Positions 28,582 through 43,844 are shown, numbered from the stretch's first letter. The stretch is 64,000 bases of DNA from an uncultured Chloroflexia bacterium (GCA_963752475.1 CAVVYR010000006.1:576001-640000), one strand, 5' to 3'. Translations and numbers: made by a program. Notes: a model not told the origin generated them from the letters alone.

Positions 28582-30387
28582 CTAGCGCTGCGTCCCCTCT
28601 TCGGTCTCATCGGCAGGGCTATCGGCCTCGAGCTCGAGCGCCTCCCTCGCCTCCAGTGCCTCGTCGGCCCCATCGTTGCTCGAAGCCCGCTGCGCATCCG
28701 TCGCTGCCCAGGCCTCGCGAAGGGCATCGACGGCGATCCGTTCGGAGGGGTACATGCCGGTGGGGCCAAGGCGCTCGACGAGGTCGACCTTGCGCATGCG
28801 GTCGCGCACGTTGCCCTTGGCATGGACGATCACCAGCTGCGATCCGCGCGACTCCAGCGTGCCAGCCAGCTCGTACAGGGCATCAGAGGTCGTCACGTCC
28901 AGCTCGTTCGTGGCCTCGATATCGAGCAGCACCGCTCGAGGCATCTTCTCCATGCCATCGACGGTCCGGGTCACGAGGTCGGTTACGGCCGTCGAGTTGA
29001 AGTAGTACAGCGGGGTGTCGAGACGGAGGATGAGCATGTCCTCGAGCTCCTCGGCCTCCGGGTTGCGCTCGACGTCGACGAACCGGGCCAAGGGCTCAGG
29101 TTGTCGTCCGAGCCTGGCGACCGCCGGCTTGCTGGCCGAGTAGAGCAGGATCACGACCGAGACGAGGGCCGCGATGAGCAGGCCGAAGAGGACGTCGGTG
29201 ATGAGCACGCCGAAGGTGGCGATGGCCGCGACCAGCGCATCAGTGCGGCGCCAGGCGATGTAGCGCTGCCACTCCCGGATGTCGACGAGGTTGATGACCG
29301 CGGTGATGATGACCGCCGCCAGGATGACCTGGGGCAGGTCCTCGAACATCCAGGCCAGCAGGACGATGGTGAGCAACATGCCACCGGCGGTGACCAGCGA
29401 GGACAACTGCGTCCTGTTGCCGGCCGCCTCGCCCGTAGCCATCGAGCTCACGCTGTTGTCGACGGCGAAGCCACCCATGGCGCCGCTCGCGAGGTTGCTC
29501 CCGCCGAGTGCGATGAGTTCCTGGTCGGCATCGATGTGATAGCGGTGGCGGTTGGCGAAGGCGCGACCGGCCGCGAGCGACTCGCCCAGCGCCAGGAACA
29601 TCACGCCTGCCGCGCCAGTGGCCAGGTAGGCGATGTCGCTGAGACCGACCTCGGGGATCGACGGCGCCGACAGGCCGGCGGTGATCTCGCCCACGACCGC
29701 GAGCCCGTCGCTCTCGAGGTCGAGGCCGGCCGAGACCAACGTGGCGCCGGCGACGGCGATGAGCGGGCCGGGGATGCGCCGGTCGATCCGACGCAAGCCG
29801 ATGATCAGGACCATGGCCACGACACCGATGACGAGCCCCGGTACGTACGTATCGGGCAACCCTTCGAGGAAGCTCACGACCTGGTCGAAGAAGTTGCCGT
29901 CGCCGCCTTCGATCCCGAAGAGCTTGGGCAACTGGCCGATGGCGATGGTCATGGCCAGACCGACGATGAAGCCGGTGATCACGGGCTTGGCCAGGAACTC
30001 GGCCAGGAAGCCGAGGCGAAGCACGCCCGCCGCCACGAGCATGGCGCCCACGAGGATGGCCAACATCGCGGTCATGGCGATGTAGGTGGCCGTGTCGCCA
30101 CCTGCTGCCGGCGCCACCACGGACGCTGACATGACGGCCATCGTCGAGCTGGTCGTGACCTTAGCGTGCCGACTCGTGCCGAGGATGGCGTACGCGGTCA
30201 AACCGGCCGTGGCCGTGACCAGACCGACGCTCGCCGGCACGCCGGCGAGCTCGGCATAGGCCAGCGCCACCGGCACCATCACGGCCCAGGACGTGATCCC
30301 CGAGACGACGTCCTTGCCCAGGAGCTCACGGGGGTAGGCGGGCAGCCACTGCGTGATGGGCACGTAGCGATGGAGGACGGACTTCAC
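28582..30387 (-). CDS. SulP family anion transporter with STAS domain
   Basis: VPVALAYAELAG, EFLAKPVITGF, QLPKLFG, DQELIALG; C-terminal LRLDTPLYYFN STAS domain. Confidence 0.92.
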   Translation of the reverse strand: MKSVLHRYVPITQWLPAYPRELLGKDVVSGITSWAVMVPVALAYAELAGVPASVGLVTATAGLTAYAILGTSRHAKVTTSSTMAVMSASVVAPAAGGDTATYIAMTAMLAILVGAMLVAAGVLRLGFLAEFLAKPVITGFIVGLAMTIAIGQLPKLFGIEGGDGNFFDQVVSFLEGLPDTYVPGLVIGVVAMVLIIGLRRIDRRIPGPLIAVAGATLVSAGLDLESDGLAVVGEITAGLSAPSIPEVGLSDIAYLATGAAGVMFLALGESLAAGRAFANRHRYHIDADQELIALGGSNLASGAMGGFAVDNSVSSMATGEAAGNRTQLSSLVTAGGMLLTIVLLAWMFEDLPQVILAAVIITAVINLVDIREWQRYIAWRRTDALVAAIATFGVLITDVLFGLLIAALVSVVILLYSASKPAVARLGRQPEPLARFVDVERNPEAEELEDMLILRLDTPLYYFNSTAVTDLVTRTVDGMEKMPRAVLLDIEATNELDVTTSDALYELAGTLESRGSQLVIVHAKGNVRDRMRKVDLVERLGPTGMYPSERIAVDALREAWAATDAQRASSNDGADEALEAREALELEADSPADETEEGTQR

Positions 30388-30529
30388 CCTTTGATGGTAT
30401 CGGTCGCCGTCGGGTGGCTGCCGCCCGCCCCTGCCGAGAGGCCTCGTTGGCATTCATCCACCTTGCGTTGTGCTGCCGCCATTCAGCCGATCGCTGTTTC
30501 GTCTTGCGCTGCCGGGCGTTTGGTCCCCG

Positions 30530-30683
30530 CCACCGCGACCGCGGCCCGGCCGCGGAGGCTGCTGCGCCCGCAGATGCCGGCGGCGACATGATGGCGCAGC
30601 TCAACCAGCTGGCCCAACTGCACAGCGCCGGCGTACTCGACGACGCTGAGTTCGCCGCCGCCAAGGCCAAGCTGCTTTCGTAG
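30530..30683 (+). pseudogene. SHOCT-domain C-terminal remnant
   Basis: AAAPADAGGDMMAQLNQLAQLHSAGVLDDAEFAAAKAKLLS with no credible N-terminus. Confidence 0.6.
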
Positions 30684-30720
30684 TCCGCTTGCCTGGCCAC
30701 GGTCAGGTCATCGAAGATAG

Positions 30721-30750
30721 AGCCGCCGGGCGCTTCGCCCGGTGGCTTTT
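30721..30750 (+). terminator. Rho-independent terminator
   Basis: AGCCGCCGGGCG-CTT-CGCCCGGTGGCT hairpin running into a T4 tract. Confidence 0.75.
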
Positions 30751-30774
30751 CGTGTCGGGTCGAGAGGGGAGCGG

Positions 30775-31707
30775 ATGGCAGACATCGACCAGCCCATCGA
30801 CGGGGTCGACTGGGGCAGACAGCAGGACAACGCTGAGGTCCTGCTGTCGCCGGCCTGGGAGGTCTTCATCCTGGGCGTCTCGATCCTAAGCGTGCTCAAC
30901 CTGCTGCTGGTCGGCCTTGTCCGGAGCCCGGATATCGACCAGGTCTTCGTCATCATGGACTCGCTCCTGACGCTGGTCTTCCTGCTCGACCTCTTGCGAC
31001 GCCTCGTCGTAGCGCAGGACCGCCGTCGATACCTGACGAAGGGCTACGGCTGGGTCGATGTCATCGCTGTCTTCCCGGTCCTCCGCATCCTGCGGGTGCT
31101 GCGCATCGTGCGCATGATCCGCGTCATGCGGCGCCTGGGTGGCCCTCTCCAGGCCTTCAAGGCGTTCTTCTCCAATCGCGCAGCCGGCGGTCTGCTGTCC
31201 GTCCTGCTGGTGGCCATCCTCGTGCTCGAGTTCGGCTCGCTGGCCATCCTCTCGGTCGAGCGGGGCCAACCCGAGTCCAACATCCACACCGCCTCGGACG
31301 CGGCCTGGTACCTGCTGGTGACGATGTCGACCGTGGGCTACGGCGACCACTACCCGGTCACCGATGCGGGCCGCATCATCGGCTCGCTCATCATCGTCGT
31401 GGGCGTGGGCGTCTTCGGCACGCTGACCGGCTTCCTGGCCAATGCCTTCCTGGCACCGCGGGAGGCCGTGGCCGCCGTCGAGGCGCCAGCTGGTGAGCGA
31501 CGCCCCTTCGGCGATGACGTTGCTGAGGATGACGAGGAGTCGAGCGAGCAGCCTTCATACCAATCGGACGATGACGCCGCTTGCGCGAGGCGAGTAGCAT
31601 CGCCACACGCAGCGGAGGGAGATCATGATCCTGCTCGGGTGTCTGTTGGCCTTCAGTATCGCGGTCGCGCCACGAGTGGTGCTGGTGCTGGCCTGGATCT
31701 TTGGTGA
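30775..31707 (+). CDS. 6-TM voltage-gated-type potassium channel
   Basis: S4 LRILRVLRIVRMIRVMRR, pore WYLLVTMSTVGYGDHYP. The 3' end reads 83 nt into the next gene. Confidence 0.88.
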   Translation: MADIDQPIDGVDWGRQQDNAEVLLSPAWEVFILGVSILSVLNLLLVGLVRSPDIDQVFVIMDSLLTLVFLLDLLRRLVVAQDRRRYLTKGYGWVDVIAVFPVLRILRVLRIVRMIRVMRRLGGPLQAFKAFFSNRAAGGLLSVLLVAILVLEFGSLAILSVERGQPESNIHTASDAAWYLLVTMSTVGYGDHYPVTDAGRIIGSLIIVVGVGVFGTLTGFLANAFLAPREAVAAVEAPAGERRPFGDDVAEDDEESSEQPSYQSDDDAACARRVASPHAAEGDHDPARVSVGLQYRGRATSGAGAGLDLW

Positions 31708-32107
31708 CTACTGGGACCTCGTATGGGGCGGTGACTGGGTGATGCCTCTGCTGGGCATCCTCTTCCTGCCCTTCACGACCATCATGTACATGCTGGTGTG
31801 GACGCCGACCATCGGCGGCGGCAACGGCGTCGAGGGTTGGGACTGGATGTGGATCCTGCTGGGCCTGATCCTGGATCTGTCCAAGTGGGCCGGCCTCTGG
31901 GGCAACCGCAACCAGGCGACCGAAACGGCACAGCGCTACTACCCGTCCAGCGCTCCCCGCTATGGCAGCACTGGCGGTACCGGTGCGGCCATCTCCTCCG
32001 GCCAGCTTCCGCCCAGCACCTCGCCCACGGCCGACGACAGCGGGACCGACCCCATGGGCGCGAATACGCCGCCAGAGATCCCAGGCGACGACAAGCCGGG
32101 CGGTTGA
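31625..32107 (+). CDS. small Trp-rich membrane protein
   Basis: GGAGGGAG RBS; three hydrophobic helices ([36 protein letters not shown]). Confidence 0.75.
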   Translation: MILLGCLLAFSIAVAPRVVLVLAWIFGDYWDLVWGGDWVMPLLGILFLPFTTIMYMLVWTPTIGGGNGVEGWDWMWILLGLILDLSKWAGLWGNRNQATETAQRYYPSSAPRYGSTGGTGAAISSGQLPPSTSPTADDSGTDPMGANTPPEIPGDDKPGG

Positions 32108-32235
32108 CCGCGCCGGCTCAGCCGGCACCATGGCTCACACCGGACGCGCGGCCTCACGCGAGGTCGCGCGTTCGCCTATCCTGCGGCCGTCGATGCCGCG
32201 TCCCCCGTGAGCACGACGAGTGGAGGAGGAGCCAC

Positions 32236-34215
<1,980 letters not shown>

Positions 34216-34266
34216 CCTCGGTCCCAGCCGAGACGTCGTCCGGCGTCGGCAGGGACAGGAGGCCTG

Positions 34267-34694
34267 ATGGGCTCGATGGGGCTGGAGCGTACGTTCGCGG
34301 TCATCACCGGCGCGGTGCTGGTGCTCCTCGGCGTGGCCGGCTCGCTGGGCAACCCCATCGTCGGTGGTCCCGAGGACACTGGTCTGATCGTCACCGGCTT
34401 CGGTCACGATCTGGTCCACCTCGTCAGCGGTGCGCTCTTCCTGCACGTCGGACTGGCGCTCAACGGGCGTAATCGGGCCTATGGCCTCGTTGGGCTGGGG
34501 CTCTTCTACCTCGCTACCGGCGTGCTCAGCTTCCTGAGCTCGGACCTGCTCGGGGTCTACGACGAACCTACCTCCGGTCTCGACCAGATCGGCCACGTGC
34601 TGTTGGGCCTGGCCGCCTTCGTCATCGGCTGGATGGGGCGCGGCGTCGAGCGACGCGTCTACGGCCGGGCCGTCTCGGGGCCTGCTCGCGAGCA

Positions 34695-34698
<4 letters not shown>
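34267..34698 (+). CDS. DUF4383-like four-TM membrane protein
   Basis: Four hydrophobic helices with HDLVHL and GHVLLG histidines. Confidence 0.7.
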
Positions 34699-35714
<1,016 letters not shown>

Positions 35715-35807
35715 GGGCTCGCGGTGACGAAGTCGCCGGGTATCCTGAGTCACGCGTGTCGTGCCCCGCGGGAGTGCTGCCGGGCTGTGCGCCGCAGGAG
35801 GTCAGCG

Positions 35808-36506
35808 ATGACGATGTCCGGAGCGCCCAAGAGCGATGACCCCGGGCTGGAACAGGAGGGCATCTGGGAGGAGCCGCAGGACGCGCGCTCCGACGCATCG
35901 CGTGAACGCGACGCTGATGCGCCGGACACGAGGGCCGGCGGCCTCACCAGCCGGCTGACCTCGACCGCCCTCACACCCGGCCCCGACGGCCTCGTCTACG
36001 CCGACGTGCCCAACCGCATCATCGCGCTGATCATCGACATCATCGTGCTCGTGGTCATCGGCGTCGTCCTGGCCTGGCTCTTCGGTGGCCTCGTGACCGA
36101 GCCGGGAGCCATCGACTCGGCCGGCGGAGAGCTCGACATCGTGGCCTTCATCATCGTGCTCGTGCTGCAGCTGGGCGTGAGCTTTGCCTACTTCGCCGGT
36201 GCCTGGACCCTGCTCGGCACGACGGTCGGCATGCGCTTGCTGGGGATGCGCATCGGCGACGAGGACGACGGCAGTCGCATCAGCTGGCAGCGCTCACTGG
36301 TGCGCTGGCTCCTGCTTGGCATCCCGGCGCTGCTCTCATCGCTGGCGGTCTACGTGCCCAACTTCGTGGGTCTGATCCTGTGGGCGCTGGGTGTGGCCTG
36401 GCTCGTCTTGCTGCTCTACACCATGGCTCAGAGTCCGACCAAGCAAGGCCTGCACGACCGCTACGCCCACACGATCCTGATCAAGGCTCGGCGTCGCGCA
36501 CTCTAG
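35808..36506 (+). CDS. RDD family membrane protein
   Basis: YADVPNRIIALIID, TVGMRLLGMRI, KQGLHDRYAHT; AGGAGG RBS. Confidence 0.88.
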   Translation: MTMSGAPKSDDPGLEQEGIWEEPQDARSDASRERDADAPDTRAGGLTSRLTSTALTPGPDGLVYADVPNRIIALIIDIIVLVVIGVVLAWLFGGLVTEPGAIDSAGGELDIVAFIIVLVLQLGVSFAYFAGAWTLLGTTVGMRLLGMRIGDEDDGSRISWQRSLVRWLLLGIPALLSSLAVYVPNFVGLILWALGVAWLVLLLYTMAQSPTKQGLHDRYAHTILIKARRRAL

Positions 36507-36522
36507 CTTCGCCCAAGGCTGG

Positions 36523-36632
36523 TTCTCCACGGTCTATCCACACTGAGCGCAGATCGGTGGATATCGCCGTTCGCGAAACCCGTGACTTCGTGGACAAGTC
36601 GATTGACCTTGGTGGGGCCTGCTCGGCATAGT
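36523..36632 (+). promoter_or_regulatory. DnaA-box-like cluster plus sigma70-type promoter
   Basis: TTCTCCACG 36523, CTATCCACA 36534, reverse ATATCCACC 36556, reverse TTGTCCACG 36589; TTGACC 36603 and CATAGT 36627 with an 18-nt spacer. Confidence 0.55.
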
Positions 36633-36637
36633 AGGTC

Positions 36638-36805
36638 TTGCCCGGAGGGGCCAGACACGGGGCCAGGGACGCGGCGATCACATCAACGCGAACCGGCCAG
36701 GTCAGGACAGCTGAGATCGCATCAAGGCCGTCCGGCATCCGAAGGTCGCTGCGATCACATCAAGGCGGCATGAGGAACGTGAAGGTCGCTCCGGGCGCTT
36801 CCATG
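36638..36805 (+). ncRNA. candidate small RNA with three hairpins carrying near-identical GMGAUCRCAUCAA loops
   Basis: Closing stem 36640-36652 with 36784-36796. Loops at 36674-86, 36713-25 and 36751-63, each on a different-sequence stem. Own promoter upstream; separate TACCCT -10 for punA downstream. Confidence 0.65.
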
Positions 36806-36854
36806 TGTCCGACGCGGTCTACCCTTGTGCGACCAGCAGCAGGAGCCGACCGCG

Positions 36855-37700
36855 ATGCCCGACCAGATCGTCCCCTTCAGCCAGAGACTCGACGAGCTGG
36901 AGGCGCATGTCCGCCAAGCCTCACCGCTGGTCCCGTCGCTGGGCATGGTCCTCGGCTCGGGACTGGGCGGACTGGCCGATGAGATCATGGACGCGGTCGA
37001 GATCCCCTTCGAGGAGATGCCAGGGTGGCCGGCGCCGTCCGTCGCAGGCCATAGCGGTCGCCTCATCCTCGGCTCCCTTCGCGGCCTGCCCGTAGCCTGC
37101 CTGCGCGGGCGCCTGCATATGTATGAGGGCCTATCCGAGCGGCTGGTCGTGGAGCCGGCGCTGCTCATGGGCCGCCTGGGAGCGCCCATCCTGTTGCTGA
37201 CCAACGCCTCGGGTGGCGTGAACCCGGCCTTCGGTGCCGGCACACTCATGGTCATGCGCGACCACATCAACCTCACCGGTCGAAACCCGCTGATGGGGCC
37301 CAACGACGACGCACTCGGCCCGCGCTTCCCCGACATGTCCGCGGTATGGGATGCCGAGTTGCGCGATCGTCTCCACGCTGCCGGCAGGGCAACGGACGTG
37401 GCCCTGGCCGAAGGCGTCTACCTCGGGCTCACCGGCCCCACCTACGAAACGCCTTCCGAGGTCCGCATGGTCCGAGGTCTGGGAGCCGATGCTGTGGGCA
37501 TGTCGACGGTGATGGAGGCGATGGCCGCGAATTGGGCCGGGATCCGCGTATGCGGTGTCTCACTCGTGACCAACCCCGGCGCCGGCCTCTCACCTACGCC
37601 GCTCACGCATGCGGAGGTCGTGGAGGCAGCCGATGAGGCGGGGCCGCGTCTGGCGCGCGTCATCGGGCGCTTCGCGGAGGACCTGCGCGACGCCCGCTGA
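36855..37700 (+). CDS. punA: purine-nucleoside phosphorylase
   Basis: VLGSGLG, VAGHSGRL, GRLHMYEG, TNASGG, DHINLTG, GPTYETPSE, DAVGMSTV, SLVTN. Confidence 0.95.
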   Translation: MPDQIVPFSQRLDELEAHVRQASPLVPSLGMVLGSGLGGLADEIMDAVEIPFEEMPGWPAPSVAGHSGRLILGSLRGLPVACLRGRLHMYEGLSERLVVEPALLMGRLGAPILLLTNASGGVNPAFGAGTLMVMRDHINLTGRNPLMGPNDDALGPRFPDMSAVWDAELRDRLHAAGRATDVALAEGVYLGLTGPTYETPSEVRMVRGLGADAVGMSTVMEAMAANWAGIRVCGVSLVTNPGAGLSPTPLTHAEVVEAADEAGPRLARVIGRFAEDLRDAR

Positions 37701-37712
37701 GCCGACGAGCGA

Positions 37713-38582
37713 CTAGACCGTGGGGAGGTCTCGACCGGCCTTCTTGGCCGCGGCCTTCTTCTCTGCCCAGGCGCCGAGGACGTTGTCCTTGTGGGGACGG
37801 ATGGGACAGTGCTCGTCGCGGTTCCGGTCCTCATCGCAGTAGCCCATGGGCACGCATTTCGGTGCCAGGAACGAGCCCAGGAACGGGCTCACCCTGAAGA
37901 CCTCGTGGCGGATGAGCTGGAACAGCCGGCGGATCTCCCATTGGGCCATGACGCAAAGTCGCAGGCCGGACATGTGGATGAGCGCGCGCAGGTTCGTCGT
38001 CATGACCAGGTTCGTACGCGTGGCGTTGGGCATCACGAAGCGCGCGTCCTCGCCGGGGATGCCGGCGTCGAGCATGTCTTCGTAGAACCGCAGCGAGCCC
38101 GCCATCTGCTCCTCGAAGCGATCACGGACCTCCTCGTCGGCATCGGTGATGGAGCCCGGCACCATGTAGCTGGGCTCCTTGTACTTGACGTAGCGCTGCG
38201 ACTGCTGGTCGAAGGCCAGGCCGGCGCGATGGCGCACGAGCTGATGGCTGAGCGTTCTCGTCACGCCGCTGATGGCGAAGGTGAAGACGATGTGCTCGAT
38301 CGTGGAGCCGTGGCCGGAGTCGATGACACGACGCACGAGATCCTGCTGCTTCTCGGGTGCGATGCGGCCGTTGGTAGCGCGCTCGAAGATGTCCTGTGGT
38401 TCCAGCTCGCTGTAGCACGTGCGACAGGCGGTGTAGATCAGTGGGACGTAGTAGTCCTCCACGATCTCGCGCGTGGGAAAGATGAGCGAAGCGCGCATGC
38501 CCAGGTCGCGGTTGGCCGGGCTCGGCGGCGTGCGGCTGCGCGGAGCGATCGTGTCCTCGGGCGGCGTGGGGGAGTCAGTCAC
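37713..38582 (-). CDS. thyX: FAD-dependent thymidylate synthase
   Basis: GHGSTIEH, SHQLVRHRAGLAFDQQSQRY, EDARFVMPN, NLRAL, RLC..AQWEIR. Confidence 0.93.
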   Translation of the reverse strand: MTDSPTPPEDTIAPRSRTPPSPANRDLGMRASLIFPTREIVEDYYVPLIYTACRTCYSELEPQDIFERATNGRIAPEKQQDLVRRVIDSGHGSTIEHIVFTFAISGVTRTLSHQLVRHRAGLAFDQQSQRYVKYKEPSYMVPGSITDADEEVRDRFEEQMAGSLRFYEDMLDAGIPGEDARFVMPNATRTNLVMTTNLRALIHMSGLRLCVMAQWEIRRLFQLIRHEVFRVSPFLGSFLAPKCVPMGYCDEDRNRDEHCPIRPHKDNVLGAWAEKKAAAKKAGRDLPTV

Positions 38583-38672
38583 CGCGCGAGTGTAGTCGGC
38601 TCCGGCGACCATCGCACGCGGTCCGTGCTAGCGTCGGTATCCACGACACGACATCGAACCCGAGGTAGTCCC

Positions 38673-39239
38673 ATGGTCCTGCGCAGCCTCTTCGGCGGCG
38701 GCAACAAGCAGTCACAGCAGCCCGAGGCGGTGCCGGCCGCCACGCCCAGCCAGTCCGACACCGAGTCGATCCGTCGGATCGCAGGCGAGCTCGATGCGCT
38801 GCCGCTCGACGAGCGTCGCTACATCGCTGCCTTCGCCTATGTGCTGGCGCGGGCAGCGCACGCTGACTTGGAGATCTCCCGCACGGAGCTCGACTACATG
38901 GAGAAGGCCGTCATCGATGTGGGCAAGATCCGCAGCGCCCAGGCCGTGCTGGTGGTCGAGATGGCCCGCAACATGGCCGAGCTCTATGGCGCTACCGACG
39001 ACTACGTGGTCACGCGTTCGTTCACCGAGAACTCCACGCGGGAGCAGCGCGAGACCCTGCTGCGCACCGCCTTCGCGGTCGGAGCCGCGGACGACACCAT
39101 CACCGCTGCCGAGAGCGCCGAGCTGAACCAGATCGGCAAGGAGCTGGGCTTCCGCTCAGACGAGATCGACTCTATCCGGAATGAGTTCCGCGACCAGCTC
39201 GCAGCCATCCAGGCGATGCGCCGCGCACGAGGCGTGTAG
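38673..39239 (+). CDS. TerB-like (tellurite resistance) family protein
   Basis: LARAAHADLEISRTE and FAVGAADDTITAAESAELNQIGKELG TerB-type repeats. Confidence 0.8.
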   Translation: MVLRSLFGGGNKQSQQPEAVPAATPSQSDTESIRRIAGELDALPLDERRYIAAFAYVLARAAHADLEISRTELDYMEKAVIDVGKIRSAQAVLVVEMARNMAELYGATDDYVVTRSFTENSTREQRETLLRTAFAVGAADDTITAAESAELNQIGKELGFRSDEIDSIRNEFRDQLAAIQAMRRARGV

Positions 39240-39283
39240 GCGCCCCCGCGACCGCACTCGGCCGCCGAACCGCGGCGGCATAA

Positions 39284-41503
<2,220 letters not shown>

Positions 41504-41546
41504 GTTCGATCTCCCCCGGGCCGATGCGCGTGGCATGATGGCCGAG

Positions 41547-42632
41547 ATGGACGCTGAGCAGCCCAGACGTCGTCGAAGCGGTCGAGGCCCTCGGAGCGTG
41601 CGGGTGTATCGCCGTGCGCGACGATGGGCTCGCTTCCGCGAGTCGCTCGTCGAGCTTGGACCCAACTCACGCCAGGTCACGCTGTCGGACGGACGGCTGC
41701 TGGGCTTCGATGACTTCGGCGACCCGGATGGAGTGCCGGTGCTCTTCTTCCACGGGTTCGGCTCCTCGCGCGTCGTGCGCCATCCGGACGATGACATCGC
41801 GGCCGAGCTGGGCACGCGCGTCATCGCTGTCGACCGTCCTGGCATCGGCATCTCGACACGCCAGCCCGGGCGGCGCGTCACCGACTTCCCACGCGATATC
41901 GCCGAACTGCTGGATATCCTGCGCATCGAGCGCTGTGCGGTCGTGGCCTGGTCCGGCGGCGGCCCGTATGCGCTCGCCTGCGCCTGGCAGATGCCCGATC
42001 GCTTCGACGTCATCGGGCTCATCAGTGCACCCGCGCCACTCTCGGGCGTGCCCGGGTCCACGGGCTACACCTGGCCACGGCACCGGGCCATGTCACGCAC
42101 CGCCGACCATGCTCCCTGGGTCATCGCGTTGGCCATGTGGAACTGGTCCCGGCAGCAACGGTCGGATCCACACAAACAGCTCGATGAGGCCGTCAGCGGC
42201 ATGGTCGAAGCGGACCGCGAGATCCTCGGCGACCCGGCGCTCCGTGCGGTGATGATCGCCAACGCCACGGAGATGTACCGGCAGGGGACCGGTGGCATCT
42301 ACGACGAGGCGCTGTGCCTGGCGCGCCCCTTCGGCTTCCCCATCGGCGGCGTGACCGTACCGGTGCGTATCTGGCACGGATCGCTGGACAAGGTCGTGCC
42401 CGTGGGCATGGGCAAGTACCTCGAGCGCAACATCAGCGACGCCGTGGCCACGTTCTATCCCCACGAGGGGCATCACTTCGTCTACGAGCGATGGCGCGAG
42501 ATCCTCGGCGTCATCGTGGCCGAGACGCGAGGACGCTCCCGTGACGCACGGGAGCGTAAGGTCGAGGCGGCCCGGGCTCAGCTCCCGGCCGCGGAGCGAT
42601 ACCAGCCAGCCCCGGATCGCGTCCAGGGCTGA
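41547..42632 (+). CDS. alpha/beta hydrolase
   Basis: LSDGRLLG, FFHGFGSS, DRPGIG, AWSGGG nucleophile, WHGSLD, EGHHF; start is 41535 or 41547. Confidence 0.88.
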   Translation: MDAEQPRRRRSGRGPRSVRVYRRARRWARFRESLVELGPNSRQVTLSDGRLLGFDDFGDPDGVPVLFFHGFGSSRVVRHPDDDIAAELGTRVIAVDRPGIGISTRQPGRRVTDFPRDIAELLDILRIERCAVVAWSGGGPYALACAWQMPDRFDVIGLISAPAPLSGVPGSTGYTWPRHRAMSRTADHAPWVIALAMWNWSRQQRSDPHKQLDEAVSGMVEADREILGDPALRAVMIANATEMYRQGTGGIYDEALCLARPFGFPIGGVTVPVRIWHGSLDKVVPVGMGKYLERNISDAVATFYPHEGHHFVYERWREILGVIVAETRGRSRDARERKVEAARAQLPAAERYQPAPDRVQG

Positions 42633-42641
42633 CCCGAAGCG

Positions 42642-43820
42642 CTAGAGGCGCTTCTCGATGCTGCCACCGCGACCCTTTGGCACGATGGTGTAGTAGGTCT
42701 TGTTGAAGAAGAGCTTGCCGATGTGCCAGAGCCGGCTGGGCTTGGGCGGCTTGGGTGGGTTGTCGTAGTCGAAGCGCAGGAGCGTGCCCTTGCCGTCGCC
42801 GACCTCGAAGAAGCACATGACCTTGCCGGTGTAGATGCTGTCCTTGGGATGGGGCGTGCGGTTCTGGATGCGGGCCGAGACGCGCTCGGCGATCACTGGT
42901 GCCTCGAAGTGGGCCGTCGAGCCGGCCTTCGATAGCGGCAGGTCGGTGGCGTCACCGAGTGCCCACATGTGCTCGCGCCCACCGACGTTGAGCGTCTTGT
43001 GGTCGGTCGGCAGCCAGCCGCCGGGCTCGGGTGCGATACCGCTATCCATCAGCACCTGGGCACCCTTGTGCGGTGGCACCAGCACGAGCAGGTCGTACTC
43101 GAGCTCCTCGCCCTCGAGGCTCAGGACCATCTTGCGCTCGCGATCGATGGCCTCGACGTTGAAGAACGTATGCAGCTCGATGCCCTTGCTCTCGAGCTCG
43201 GGCGTGGCCATCTCGCTCACGGACTCGATGGTGAAGGCACGGGCGATGGGGCTGCAGTAGTGCAGCTCGCTCTTCTCGCGTAGACCGCGGTCACGGAGCT
43301 CGGCCTCGATGAGGAAGGCCACCTCGAGTGGCGCCGGCGGGCACTTGTAGGGCATCGAGGCGATGCCCACCACGATCTTGCCGCCGGTGAAGCTGTCGAG
43401 CGCCTGACGCAGTCGCGCGGCGGCTTCCTCGCTGTAGAAGTGATGGGCCTCGTCCTCGAAGTGCTCGATGGCCTCGGGCAGGATGCGTGAGCCAGTGCTC
43501 AGGATGAGCTCGTCGTAGTCGAGCTTCGTTCCATCGGTCAGCTCGACCGTGCTCGCCTCCTCATCGATCCTGGTGACCTCGCCGATGACGAGGTCGACGC
43601 GCTTGTCCAGGAGCTGTCGCTCGGGCTTGCGCAAGGACTTGGGGTCCTCGTTGCCCATGGCGATGTACATGAAGCCGGGCTGGTAGACGTGCTCACCCTT
43701 CTCGTCGACGACCGTGACCTTGGCCTCGCCGGCGTCGATCTGCTTCTTGATCTTGCGGCTGATGAGGTTGGCGACGAGCGTGCCGCCGACGCCGCCGCCT
43801 AGGACGAGGACGTTCTGCAT
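42642..43820 (-). CDS. sqr: sulfide:quinone oxidoreductase (type III-like FAD oxidoreductase)
   Basis: VLGGGVGG, HVYQPG, YKCPPAPLE, ALGDAT, SKAGSTAH, YTGKVMCF; AGGAG RBS; adjacent TusA/DsrE genes. Confidence 0.85.
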   Translation of the reverse strand: MQNVLVLGGGVGGTLVANLISRKIKKQIDAGEAKVTVVDEKGEHVYQPGFMYIAMGNEDPKSLRKPERQLLDKRVDLVIGEVTRIDEEASTVELTDGTKLDYDELILSTGSRILPEAIEHFEDEAHHFYSEEAAARLRQALDSFTGGKIVVGIASMPYKCPPAPLEVAFLIEAELRDRGLREKSELHYCSPIARAFTIESVSEMATPELESKGIELHTFFNVEAIDRERKMVLSLEGEELEYDLLVLVPPHKGAQVLMDSGIAPEPGGWLPTDHKTLNVGGREHMWALGDATDLPLSKAGSTAHFEAPVIAERVSARIQNRTPHPKDSIYTGKVMCFFEVGDGKGTLLRFDYDNPPKPPKPSRLWHIGKLFFNKTYYTIVPKGRGGSIEKRL

Positions 43821-43844
43821 GTCAGTCACTCCTGGATATGGGGA

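Noticed and set aside
36523-36632. Chromosomal origin oriC
   Set aside because: Only four degenerate boxes, no AT-rich unwinding element, and no dnaA/dnaN nearby; a regulatory role is more plausible
36691-36725. SRP RNA (CCAGGTCAGG resemblance)
   Set aside because: Lacks the GGAA tetraloop and AGCAG of SRP domain IV
36674-36767. Three regularly spaced repeats as a mini CRISPR array
   Set aside because: Repeats are only 13-17 nt, the intervening sequences form the stems around them, and no cas genes are present
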